The position numbers and the translations under genes were made by a program. 64,000 bases of DNA from contig CM119263.1 in the NCBI GenBank assembly GCA_051294375.1, positions 15,230,532-15,294,531 on the forward strand. Direction: 5' to 3'. The notes beneath the pieces were generated by a model. It was not told the origin of the DNA, did not search any database, and was given only the letters and a program-made list of their open reading frames with translations. This stretch comes from Paraspadella gotoi. Taxonomy: Eukaryota > Animalia > Chaetognatha. How positions within the stretch are numbered: position 1 is the first letter of the stretch; each line of letters starts with the position of its first letter. Positions 42,004-52,989 of this stretch are shown here, one piece after another.

Positions 42004-43324
42004 AAATCTTACGCTCCGTCGGCGTAAAATCAAACTAAATAATGAGGGAAAGAAAGACGAAGTACGACGAAAGGGGCGGAGAGGAGGATGAGCAGGAAGA
42101 GGATGAGGAGGATGAAAGGGATGAGGAGGAGGTAGCAGAGGAAGAGGATGCGAATCGAAGGAGAAAGTGAGTTGAGGGACGAGGTAAGAGAGGAGGAGGA
42201 AGACAAAAACCGTCCGATATCGTCGTTTTGCGTCGTCGTCTTCGTCGTCGTCGACTCGAAAAAGGCCCCCAATACTAGAGATGAAGGAGATGATTGATCA
42301 ATTGAGTGTAAGCAAAAGTTATGAAAGGGGAAAACTGGAGAGAGCGAGAGGAGACGTAGAGAGAGGGAAAAAGATTGGAGGAAGCGAGGATGGACTCAGG
42401 GAGATGGGGGGGGCTTCGAAAAGAAGACTGAAGCAAAATATTAGGGAAAAGGGAAGGGAAGAAGGATGCGGTCATCCTTGGACGTATCTGGAGAAAGAAT
42501 TGGCCGAGGCGATCGAAGGTTATAAAGAAGATACACTCACTGTCAGGTTGAAACGGTTTCAAAATTGTAGCCCAAAATAAACGACCATCGATCGATTCAT
42601 TACTATTTCAGTTAAAATTTTAAAAATTAGTAATAGTAATAATATTAATAATAGTAAAATATTAAAAAAGAAGGTATGTAGATGAACATTAATATTTAAT
42701 TATTGAGTCTATGAATTTAAAAGAAGAAAAATAGCTCGGAGTTACGTATGTCGAAGCTTTGAGTACGGAGATGCCGGATTGTCAATGTAGAGATAAGGAT
42801 GTTCTAATCAAAATTAAAATTTTTTAAAACCTCCAAAAAAAATTTGAAAGGTTCAAAAATCTTAATTGGGAGTTCGCAAAAATATGTAAATGGAATTGCT
42901 TTTTTGGATTGAAGGGTAACTTGAAAGGCGAAATCATCGCATATGTTTGTTTGTTTGTTGATGATGATTGTACTGAATCAAGCTCGTTGTATTCGAATAA
43001 AATCGCATATATATATTAATATCTAACTATTTAAATATGAACAATGGAAAAGCAAATAAGCAAGTAAAAATCTACCTGGCAAGACGTAGAACCCAATATT
43101 TAATTAATGAAACGAAAATTGACATTTATCTTCTTATCTAAAACGCAAAACAATTGTCTCTTTTGGTCGTGATTACTATTGTTGCTACTTGCTACTAAAA
43201 GTACTATTATTTTTTATTAAATTTATTATTTTTATTAATACTAATGAGACGAAAAGATAACGAGAGCTCTCAACGTTTGTCTTCTGTTCTTTTAACCCAA
43301 ATTGTTTTCTCCTGAGAAATGAAG

Positions 43325-43470
43325 AGCACTCCTAACTCCGCCCCGTGGCCCAAAAGCGAAAATTGGCCTGGGAAGCGGAAAGGCTCGTGAGGTTAACTCC
43401 CTATTTGGCGTATCCTTTTCCTACTCTACGTGAAATTGGGCGTGGACGCCCAAAAAAAGCGTGGACGCTA
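43325..43470 (+). promoter_or_regulatory. possible promoter of the RhoGAP gene
   Basis: GC-rich island in AT-rich surroundings with GC-box-like (CCGCCC, GGGCGTGG) and ETS-like (GGAAG) motifs, ~1.2 kb upstream of the ATG; strong acceptor TTTCCTTTTTCAG ending at 44320. Motif-based inference only. Confidence 0.25.
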
Positions 43471-44675
43471 ACTAAATCTGATTTACATCATTTTCAAATT
43501 AGCAGTTTTATTTAGAAATTGAATGGAGACCATTACAAGTTCGCGACCCGCCTAATCCTCTACGATGAGTCATGTTGAGTTTATTTCTAGACAAACAACT
43601 ACGACTTGTACGTCTACAGCGTCGACAAGTGAATGCACTGCAAATGTCTTCAATCTACATCCCCTTCAAGAAAATCGGACATTAAATTAGTTGTTGTGGT
43701 AATTGTAAATTAATATTTAAAAGCTGGAACGTCGTTACTGATCATTAAATTGTAATTGTTCGCCGGCTGCCTTTGATTTTGGTAAATTTTTCTGGACGTA
43801 TTGAATTATGGTGAGAGGTTTCTTGATGATTCTCGGGGTTGTTTCAGCAGGACGTTACGGAGGTTCCTAACAATTATTAAAATTGATTGTTATTTACTGT
43901 TATTAGTTTTCGACATCGTAATTGTTGATTGCTGGGCGTGGGCGCCAGATTTGCTGAGCCGAGGACCATCCCTGTAAAAGTTTATCGACATATTTAATTC
44001 TATATTTTTTTATTTAATTTCCTTTTAGTTCATCCTTAAATTTAAAAGTCCTGCCCAATAAAATTGGTATTTAGCATTTTAAATTTTAAATTTAAAGGAT
44101 TTCTCTCCGACGTCATAATTGATTAATTTCGTACTAATTAGATATTGATATTCTTTGAACTACTGTTTCTTACAAAAGTTTAAAAACTCGTCCATTTCGT
44201 TTATTTACGTAGTTACCAAAAATGACTGGCTCAACGAAAAATATTTAGCTTAAGCATCTTGAAAACTTCGAGGCGATCATTTTTCAATGACACGATTTAA
44301 TGTTTCCTTTCCTTTTTCAGAAATTCCGTATGTGCCTTATCCCTCTCCTCCACGTCCCCTTCAAAACTTTGCCCTCCCCCGGGCGGAGGATCTCTTTTCG
44401 ATCTGGACGGGAATCCAATTGACGTCACCACTCGGAATTTCGCGATAAAAACGGATTCTTTTTCTTCAGAGATTCTTATCACGTTATAAAAAAAAGTTAG
44501 ACAAGCGACTATAAATCCTCGCTCCCAAATTCGTACGGCGATCCCCCGCAAAGACCAAATCGAGAGAGCTTCGATAAAAAGTTTATTTTCTTGGTTCATT
44601 CGAGCTTCTTCCTTATCAAGAATCTCAAAAGGGTAAACGGGATTTTATTCTCTCACCTTTTGACGCGCAAATGTT

Positions 44676-47600
44676 ATGAACCAAAGGAATGAGATTGATA
44701 TGGAGGACGTCGGAGACGACCTTGGTGACGATTCGTTGTGGCGACACCACGCGGACGGCGACGACGCTGACTTTTCTTTCCCTGTTGCCGCCGACGATGA
44801 TCGGGAGGATTCCCACGTCTCTGTAGCAGAACACTCTTTGCTTCATCGCTACGGCGACGATTCGGCCTACAATTCGACCCAACCAACCGCCAATGTTCAA
44901 GGGCCCCCGTCCCTTCTCGACTTACTCGCCGGACACCTTCGTCAATTTTTGTTTTCCTTGCAGAGCTTGAAGAATCTATTGGATGTCACTGATCCGCTCA
45001 TCTACCCCGGCGATGAAGGACCCGCTAAGGAGGATGGTGCCAACAACAACGATTCGAATTGGGCAGAAGAAGAGAGATATCGTTACTCCGATCGGTCGAC
45101 TACGCATCCATGGACGGCGGCGATCCAGAACCACATCAAAGATTTGCTCCTCTCCGTTACCGCTTTGTTCGAGTCGACGGCCACAAATTCCTCCGGAGGT
45201 AATCGTGGCCCCACAGGTCCGCCTTTGAACGTGTCCGCGACGTTAAGGGCCGCGCAGAGTCTGGTCAACTCTTCAATTCCTGATCCCACTGTCGAGCCTC
45301 CGGACGCTGTCAAAGCCGCCGCCTCTCGGTTATATCAGGTAGCGGAAAATGTCGCCCTGGCGTTGTCGTCGAGCATCTCGCAGTATCTGATGGCCGAGTG
45401 TTTGGCCGGTAATGGTTTCTTCCAATCTCCCGCGACTCAAATGTCGCAGGGTCAGAGAGGCCGATCGAAAGAGGAGGGTTGCTCTAAGTCGATGGAAGAT
45501 TTGTCTTCTTTGGTCGCTCAAGTGGCAAATCAAGAATCCATCTACAGCGAAGGCGCCAATGTATCCAATGGAGCCGCCAGAGGACAGGATTCCCATTTGC
45601 CTTCGGGAGAAGACGCAGATGAAATTCTCGCTAACCTCACTAACGGCGTCAAGTTATCTCTAGATCGTGCCAAAGTCTGGTCCAAATATTGTCGAGACAT
45701 ACTCACTTATATGGAGAAACGTGCGGCATTGGAACTGGATTATGGAAAACGACTAGGCCACATCGCTGGAGCCGCTAAAGCCTCAATGGCCGCTATTGGA
45801 TGCGAGGATCCAGAAACGGGTCAACCAGGTGAAGACAAATTTCTTCCTTTTATGGATGTTTATACTGACGCCTTCAACCAGGACGTTGACCACGGCGCCA
45901 CTGTTCAAGCTACTGCCAATTTGCTGCAAACTTACAAGTTTATCGAGCCATTGACCCACCGTCGCTTGACCCATGACCGAACACGCAAGGTCATCAAAGA
46001 GACCTGGTCTCGAGAAGTCAAGCGAATGGCCGACGCAGACGCGAATTTGCGAAAGGCCCGGGCTTCTTACATCTCCCGACAGCAAGAATATGAGCGAGCG
46101 CGTGAACGAGGAAAAGATGCTTCAGAGTTGACAGCCGAAAAGGCGGAGAAACGGAAAAAGATAGAAGAGGACGCCTATTTTAAAGTCTTGGAAACGGAAA
46201 CGAATTACAAGCAGTGCGTCGCTGAGGCTAACCGACGTCAAGAGGAATTGATCAAAGTGAAACATGAAGTATTGCTGCAATTACGAGAATTGATGCTGCA
46301 ATGCGATCAAACCATGAAGGCGGTGACCGTGACTTATTATCAGTTGATGCACACAGTGAGAGACCCGCTTCCTCAGCAGCTGCAGCTTCTGGCTGAATTA
46401 GCAAGATCTTACGAACCAGGGCATCAGTACAAGGCTTACGTCTCCCAAGTAGCTATGTTCTCCCGCCCGGCAATGGAAGAAAATTTGAAACCCTACTACT
46501 TCATTCCATATTCGGCGATGGGTTCCGTCATTTCCGGTCCCGTCGGGTTAGACGTCAAGCGTCCAGGAAGCGGATATCCAAACGATCACGAAATCATCTC
46601 TCAATCGCCGAACATGACCGCAACGAATAATCTTCACCAACAGAAGCAATTCGCAGGTGCTCTTGCCTCATGGCCGGGAGCCACGGCTACCGGGTCCCAC
46701 CCAAACTTTAAGGATATTCCAGGAAGGTCGCCTGGTAATAGTTTGAGCGGGAGTCCGCGCGATATACCGATTCTCGCCGCATCCAGCGGCGTTCATGAAG
46801 TTTTGGACACCGAAGGGAGCGCCAGCGGCGGTTCCACGCGGTCTTTGGATCAAGGAAACGGAGTGACATCTTTAGCCCTTCGGCGAGGTGCGGCAGTCGT
46901 CAGTACCCGTGGAGGCGCGAATTCCGGCGGTGCGGTCGGCGGCTTACGTGGGAACACCATCGAACAAAATTCACCAGGAAACAGGCAGAGAGGGAGCTCC
47001 AGTTTACTCATGTCAGATAATGCTAAAACTCACGAATTTCACCGGCTGCGAACTCCTTCCAAATGCCGTGACTGTGACAAACATCTTTTTCTGCAAGGGG
47101 TTGAATGTGAAAGGTGGGTAAAGCGTGAGGTTTTGTAATATGTATTAGTTAATGATTGTTTTGCAATCATTTGTGAACAAGCAAGAAACAGTGCGTAGGC
47201 TTTAAAAAATGTATTGACTCACATATTACAAATTATCTCAAGGTGCGGTTTGGCCGCGCACAAGAAGTGCCTGGTTTCGAAACGCCTGCCTTCTTGCGAA
47301 GGTCAAAAAGGAACCCTGCAGCGCCGCCTGACAACATTTGGCGTCGACATTTCTTTCCACGTCACGCTCTCGGCCTCGTTGGTCCCGCCCATTGTGCGGC
47401 GTTGCATCGCGGAGATCGATCGTCGCGGATTGACGACGCGCGGCATCTACCGCGTTTCAGCTGTGAAGTCGAAGGTTGAAGAGTTGTGTCATCAGTTTGA
47501 ACGCGATCAGGAAGGAACGTTGCTTTCCGAATATCCTCCGCAGGTATCTAAAAGTAATTATCTGTGGGAAAAGCTAACTTGATCTCCGTACATATTTTGG

Positions 47601-50467
47601 ATTTTTTTAATAAGAAAAATAAAATTTTAAAATAAAAGAAAATTTACTGAAGGTCTGAAAATTAGAGTGATGTGAAAATAATAAAAAATTTTAAAATTAA
47701 AATTTAACATATAAAATATAAATATATTTTTTAATTTTATATATTAATGGGTACCAGTAAGCTATATTTATATATAGTAATAAGTATATGATAAGCTAAA
47801 ATTTCCAAATGGAAATTTTTAAAATTTAAGAACAGATTTGAATTCCTTACAAAAAGTTTATAGTAGAAAGTATAATTATTTTTTAAAAATTCTTTTATTA
47901 AGTTGGTCAAAAATATAAAAAATTATATTTAAGATGCTAATTTATAATTTTTAACTTTAAATATATTTTTTTCATAATTTTAACTTACTTAATGACATAA
48001 TTTTTAAAAACGATTTATATTTTTTTCGATTAACTTTTTATGAGGAATATGAATCTGTTTTTAGAATTTTTAAAAAACTATTTTGAAATTTTGACATGAT
48101 ATGAGGGTAATACTATATACAAAATAAGCTAACTGGGCTATAATACACATTAAAAAAAATAATTAAAGATTAGTATTCAATAATATAATAATTTTCAAAA
48201 TATAACTGCTAAATTTTGATTCCAAACTTTCACTTCACCCTTCTGAAGATCCAACGCTTTTAGTACAGGGGTGGGACCCTATATCTAGACAAAACTAAAC
48301 GTCCTGCCCTGTCTGAATGATTTGAGATAAAATAATTAAATGTGGCAAAAGTTGTTTCTGTCTTTTTATTTTTATATTCTATGAAACAAAATAAATTTTT
48401 AGGCAACTACAAGGCGTCGTTGATGTTTTCAGAACAATTAGTCATTTTTATGCGCGCGCATTGTATTGCATATGATAAAAGCCATTCATCTGATTTTAAG
48501 CTTTTCATCACTATCCAAATTAAAACTATTTAATTTTTTTTCTCTCTCAATCAATCACTGACCGGTCACCAACACTCTCTCCCAGCTGTACTCAGCCGGT
48601 TCCTCTGTACAGTTTCTCTGTATAGTTTGTTTGTTTCAGACTTTGTATTGTTTTTGAGTTGATTTCTGTTTTATTCGTTGGAGAATAAATCATTCTCCAT
48701 CTGAACTTCATCTCTTTAATAACTGCCACAAAATATGTTTAAATCGTCAAGTACTTTGTATTTCTTACCGTTTTGACCCTTTTATTATGCATTCAGAAAT
48801 CTTACATGATTTATTTATTAAACAATATCATTAATATTTTTTTGGATAAAACTAAGTTTTAATAAAAATGAAACTTACATGCTTACTTCAAATGAGTAAT
48901 GATTTTTTAAATTTTGTCTAGATATATAGTCTCATCCTGTAAATTAATAATTCCAAATTAATTGGTTGGTTTTAATGTTTAGGTCATCGCCAACACTCTT
49001 AAGCTCTATTTCCGCCAACTTCCCGAGCCGCTCTTGACTCACCGACTACACCACGAGTTCATTCGCGTTTCCCGCGAAGACGGCCAGCTTCGTGATGAGG
49101 ACAAAGCCGTCAAGGAGCTGGCAGACATCGTAGACCGACTACCATCGGCAAACTTTACGACCGCCAAGATTTTAATGCATCACCTCCACCGGGTGACTTC
49201 CAATTCGTCGGCGAACCAGATGCCCGCCTCCAATCTTGGCATCGTATTCGGACCTACACTGCTCAAGCCCTCGGAGGACATGGCATCCCTCTCTATCCTG
49301 ATGGACACGCCGCATCAGGCACGTGCGGTCGAGCTGCTCATCTTTCACGTGATGGAAATATTTGGCCCTGAGGAGATGATTCCCGGTCGCGGCGAGTGTC
49401 CCAGCGATGGTGACCCGGAACCTGACAGGAACCGCCGAAAAACTATCAAGCGGCGCGGGTCTCGAAAACGGCGGAGGAACGAAGCTTCGAAGATGGTCGC
49501 CGATTCGGAGGATTCCGATCTGACGGACGCTGACACCGACGACGAGGACGACGACGACGATGATTACGACGAGGCCGACGACGACGACGACGATGAGGAG
49601 GACGGCGATTTTCCTGCTGCCGATCGTGAGGAAGGGAAACGGCTATCGTCGACGGATTTTACCGAAGAAGTTTTAGCCGCTGGAATGCGAGTCAACGATG
49701 CCAATACGTCAACTGACGGCGCGCCCTCGGTGCCGCCGCCCCCCGCGATACCTGCCCACGGGACCGACCCTCGTCCCGCTACCTTAAATCTTCAGCCACT
49801 GCAGCTACAACGAGTCCCTAAAGCTTCTCCGAGCCCACCGCCTCCGGCAGCGCCACCGCTGGCACCCTCGCCCGCGAAACCCGAAGACAAAGTAAATTCT
49901 TCGTCGGACTCCGTCGCTAGTCATTCGCAACCGACGCGAGGAGAGTCGCCGTCTAGTCTATCGTCAGGCGGCGGGGCAAAGTCATCGCTTTGTCCCCTTG
50001 ACCAGTCGATGGCATTATTGAGCCAACCTGTTAGTGGCACCCACCTCCTCGTCAAACGCCCCGTCTCTCTCTCTCGCCAGCGCAGCGTTTCTCCCATCCG
50101 CTCCCAGGATCGGCTGGGCTCTCCCGCGCGCGCCCTTGTGCGCCAGCCTCTCTCGGAGGAGGTCGCCGATATAGTTGCTGTTCCTTCAAACGGTAGCAAT
50201 CCATTGGCTCCAATCGGACATGCCAACGTGCAATACCAGCCCAAGATGAATCAGGACTTGTTCCATAGCTCCCTCTCTGGCGGTAAGACGCCGACTGACG
50301 GCGCATCGCCTGTTGGAGAAGAGTCGTCGACTGTCCCCAGCACCCATATAAAAAGCGAAGTAGGTGATTCGGAGCCGATCGACGATTCAACAGTGTTCAA
50401 AAATGACGATGGGGATACACCAACTGCGCCATCGCCATCTTGCGTCCGCGAACCAAGATTTGTTTGA
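44676..50467 (+). CDS. F-BAR + C1 + RhoGAP protein, ARHGAP29/ARHGAP45(HMHA1)/GMIP family, ~1407 aa
   Basis: Exons 44676-47113, 47243-47543 and 48983-50467 with GT-AG junctions in consistent phase. F-BAR motif (AKVWSKYCRDILTYMEKRAALELDY); C1 domain (HEFHRLRTPSKCRDCD...CERCGLAAHKKC); RhoGAP motifs (GIYRVSAVKSKV, LKLYFRQLPEPLL, NQMPASNLGIVFGPTLL). The C-terminal PDZ-binding-type end REPRFV resembles the xxFV ends of ARHGAP29/45. Start codon uncertain. Confidence 0.93.
48341..48730 (+). mobile_element. probable solo LTR (390 bp) in RhoGAP intron 2
   Basis: Begins TGTGGCA and ends TGCCACA (TG...CA with a 7-bp inverted terminus), with AATAAA ~40 nt before the 3' end. No clean TSD. Confidence 0.5.
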
Positions 50468-51080
50468 TTATATTCTAGATTATTTTGTCAAAAGTTTTTT
50501 ATCAGTTTTTTTTATTTTTATCTGACATTACATTATGTCGAACTATTCTGAACTTCATCTTAGCTAATTGAAAAAAAATAGATTAGAGGCTAAAGTTGTT
50601 ATTCTTTTGATAATATTTTGCTCATTTTCAACCAAGTAACGAGCGATTTTCTTAATTTTCTTTTGGGTATTGTTACATATATATTTCCTCTGTTATTAGA
50701 TTTTTGCGACTAGTTTATAGTTTGCTTGAACTTTTTTTTTGGATAGTTTATTTCATCCGAAACTGTATAAAATCAGTGTATTAATTAATATTTATTGTTA
50801 TTAAAGTTTTTTGAACTTTAATATTACATTTGGTGGGAAAATTTTTATTTTGGGCGAATAATATTTTCATAATATTTGCATAGTTTGTTTCTTTCATTTT
50901 TGAAGCATAATTTTAGTTTAACAATCATATATTTTTTATTGTTTGTTGGAAATTACGCATTACGAATATCTCATCTGACTTGCATGCTCGAATACTATCA
51001 GAGTGGAAGAGAATTCTTGAGTCATTATATTTTATTATTTATCGGTTCAAAAATTGTTAATTAATATTCTTTATTCAAGC

Positions 51081-51565
51081 TCAAAAAAGGGATTTTATGC
51101 TTAACCAGATGCTCATAATCAAAAGAAGATGATTTCCCGAAGCTCTTCGTTTTCCATTGCAATTTTTTGCTGAAAACGTGAAAAAATTTTAAAAGAAATT
51201 TGTCATCGCAATTTTTATCGTCGCAATCGCTTGTTATCGTCGCAATCGCTTGCGACGATTATGGGACGATAGTCCCCATAAATGGGGTAGTCGTCGTCGT
51301 CGGCGTTCCAAATTATAGATGGTTTTTTTATTATTATTTTTAATTGTATGAAGCTGAAAATTTAGATATATATTATAAACTGATACGGTCATGCACTAAA
51401 TGTAATTTGTTTATAATTTATAAACAAAATATATTTTTTTTAATATGAAAATTGATATATAGTATAAAAATATTTTTTTATTTCTTTTTTTCAGTACCTA
51501 CTTTTTTTCATTTGTCAAAATACTAGTTGACCTCTACATCACCTGAGCTGAGAGTTTTCTCTTTC

Positions 51566-51596
<31 letters not shown>

Positions 51597-52734
51597 TACT
51601 CTCTCTATCCCTTTATCTTTCTCTCTATCCCTCTCTTTTTCTCTCTCTCCCTCTCTCTCTCTCTCTTTCTATCTCTTTATCTCCCTCTTTTTCTCCCTCC
51701 CTCCCTCTTTCTCTCTCTCTTTTTTCTCTATTTCTCTCCCTCTCTCTGTCTGTTTTTTATTTCAAAAAAATTATTTCAGAATCGAACTCGTGATGCAGTC
51801 GCGCATTTTATCATTCTACCATAATATAAATCTTATTTTGCTTGTATCAAATTGGATTTTTTTTGTAAAAAAGTTTGTCATGGGTTCAGATTTTTTCAAT
51901 GCGATTGCGACGATCCTTATGCTTTTAAGATTTTTTTATTAATGAAATGCTCACTATCACAAAGACACCAAATGCTTCTTTCCCATTCTGTCGGATCCGG
52001 GTCACGGCTCCCGTATTTCTTAGTGTATGTAATACATCCTATAAAAAAAATATAGTTTGACTGGGGCTGTTGTAACGCTAAATAATATTATAAATAAAAG
52101 CTTTCTCTAACCTGTGAACACTCTTCTTGGTGGTATAATTGGCGCCATACCTGGATCCACGTAACGCTCGATTGCGGCATCGAAAGCGACACCGGGATTC
52201 GCGAGGGAATCCTAATAGCGAAACCGCTCTAAAACATGATAACCTTTCGGCTAAGGACTTCTCTTAACCAACCCATAGACCTAAGTCATTTCCGATATCT
52301 CCTTTCGGTCCGCACATAAGCAACGAAATTGTCGTCTGCAAAAGGGAAAGGCCTTTGATTAAAAAGCGACNNNNNNNNNNAAACTGAATGAAATGACGTC
52401 CTTAGTCCTTACCCCGCCGAATGTTTGAGTGGTGTGACGGAAGCAGGTCTGAATTTCCTCGGAAGCGTTATTGATTTCGGTGGCACAGTCGACCTCGTCG
52501 CACGACGAACCGTGATCGCCGCCCTCGATGATGCAAAGTTGTTCATCGGCGGGTCGTCCCTCTCCCGTCGCTCCAATGAAAAAGATCTATTGAGTTTCAT
52601 GAATACCCCTGCCCTGGACCTAGTTGCTGAGAATTCGTGCCACTCATACCTTTTATTCTTCTTTTCGAACGGCAATTCATCGCTAAATTATCGTGGAGGT
52701 TCGAAAATAAAAATATTAAGAAAATCAAGACCAT
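51081..52734 (-). CDS. Ly6/uPAR (three-finger, quiver/sleepless-like) predicted GPI-anchored protein
   Basis: Hand-assembled minus-strand exons 52734-52650, ~52586-52413, 52335-52273, 52211-52112, 52038-51955 and 51169-51081. Signal peptide MVLIFLIFLFSNLHDNLA|MNC; Cys pattern ...C..C..C..TCFRH...LMCG...GCIT...WCLCDTKNCNG; hydrophobic tail NHLLLIMSIWLSIKSLF*; AATAAA just after the stop. The exon 1/2 junction phase does not fit the obvious TAG acceptor, and one intron contains a 10-N gap. Confidence 0.7.
51212..51937 (+). mobile_element. HINE/DINE-1-like (Helentron-associated) non-autonomous element, copy A
   Basis: T-run, subterminal repeat ATCGTCGCAA with nearby inverted copy TTGCGACGAT, (GTC)n microsatellite, core AAGCTGAAAATTTAGAT, distal TTGCGACGAT, then CTTTTAAGATTTTT end. 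Fills the last intron of the Ly6-like gene. Confidence 0.65.
52371..52380. other. assembly gap (10 N)
   Basis: Run of N. Confidence 0.99.
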
Positions 52735-52989
52735 TATAAAAAAAATTATATTCATGAAAACTTTAAACCGTCATCGTAGTTCCTTTATTTTATGTTCCAT
52801 TAAATAAATAATTGCTTTTCGTGGACAATCAGATCGGATGATTATTATTGACTTTTTATAAAAAATATATATAAAAATGTTATTTTTATTACCTTTAGGA
52901 GATGCGCGAGTTTAATTTTTTTTTCCTGCGGACACAATTTAGCTACGAAAGTTTCTAGGTAGCGAAAAACTCTAGTCGGAGCATAGGCC

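Noticed and set aside
44983-50390. Short alternative-frame and antisense ORFs within RhoGAP exons
   Set aside because: Expected shadows of GC-rich coding sequence.
52409-52739. ORF-track proteins 52409-52675 (-) and 52425-52739 (+)
   Set aside because: Shadow frames of the Ly6-like exon; the Cys-rich frame is the one that splices onward in phase.
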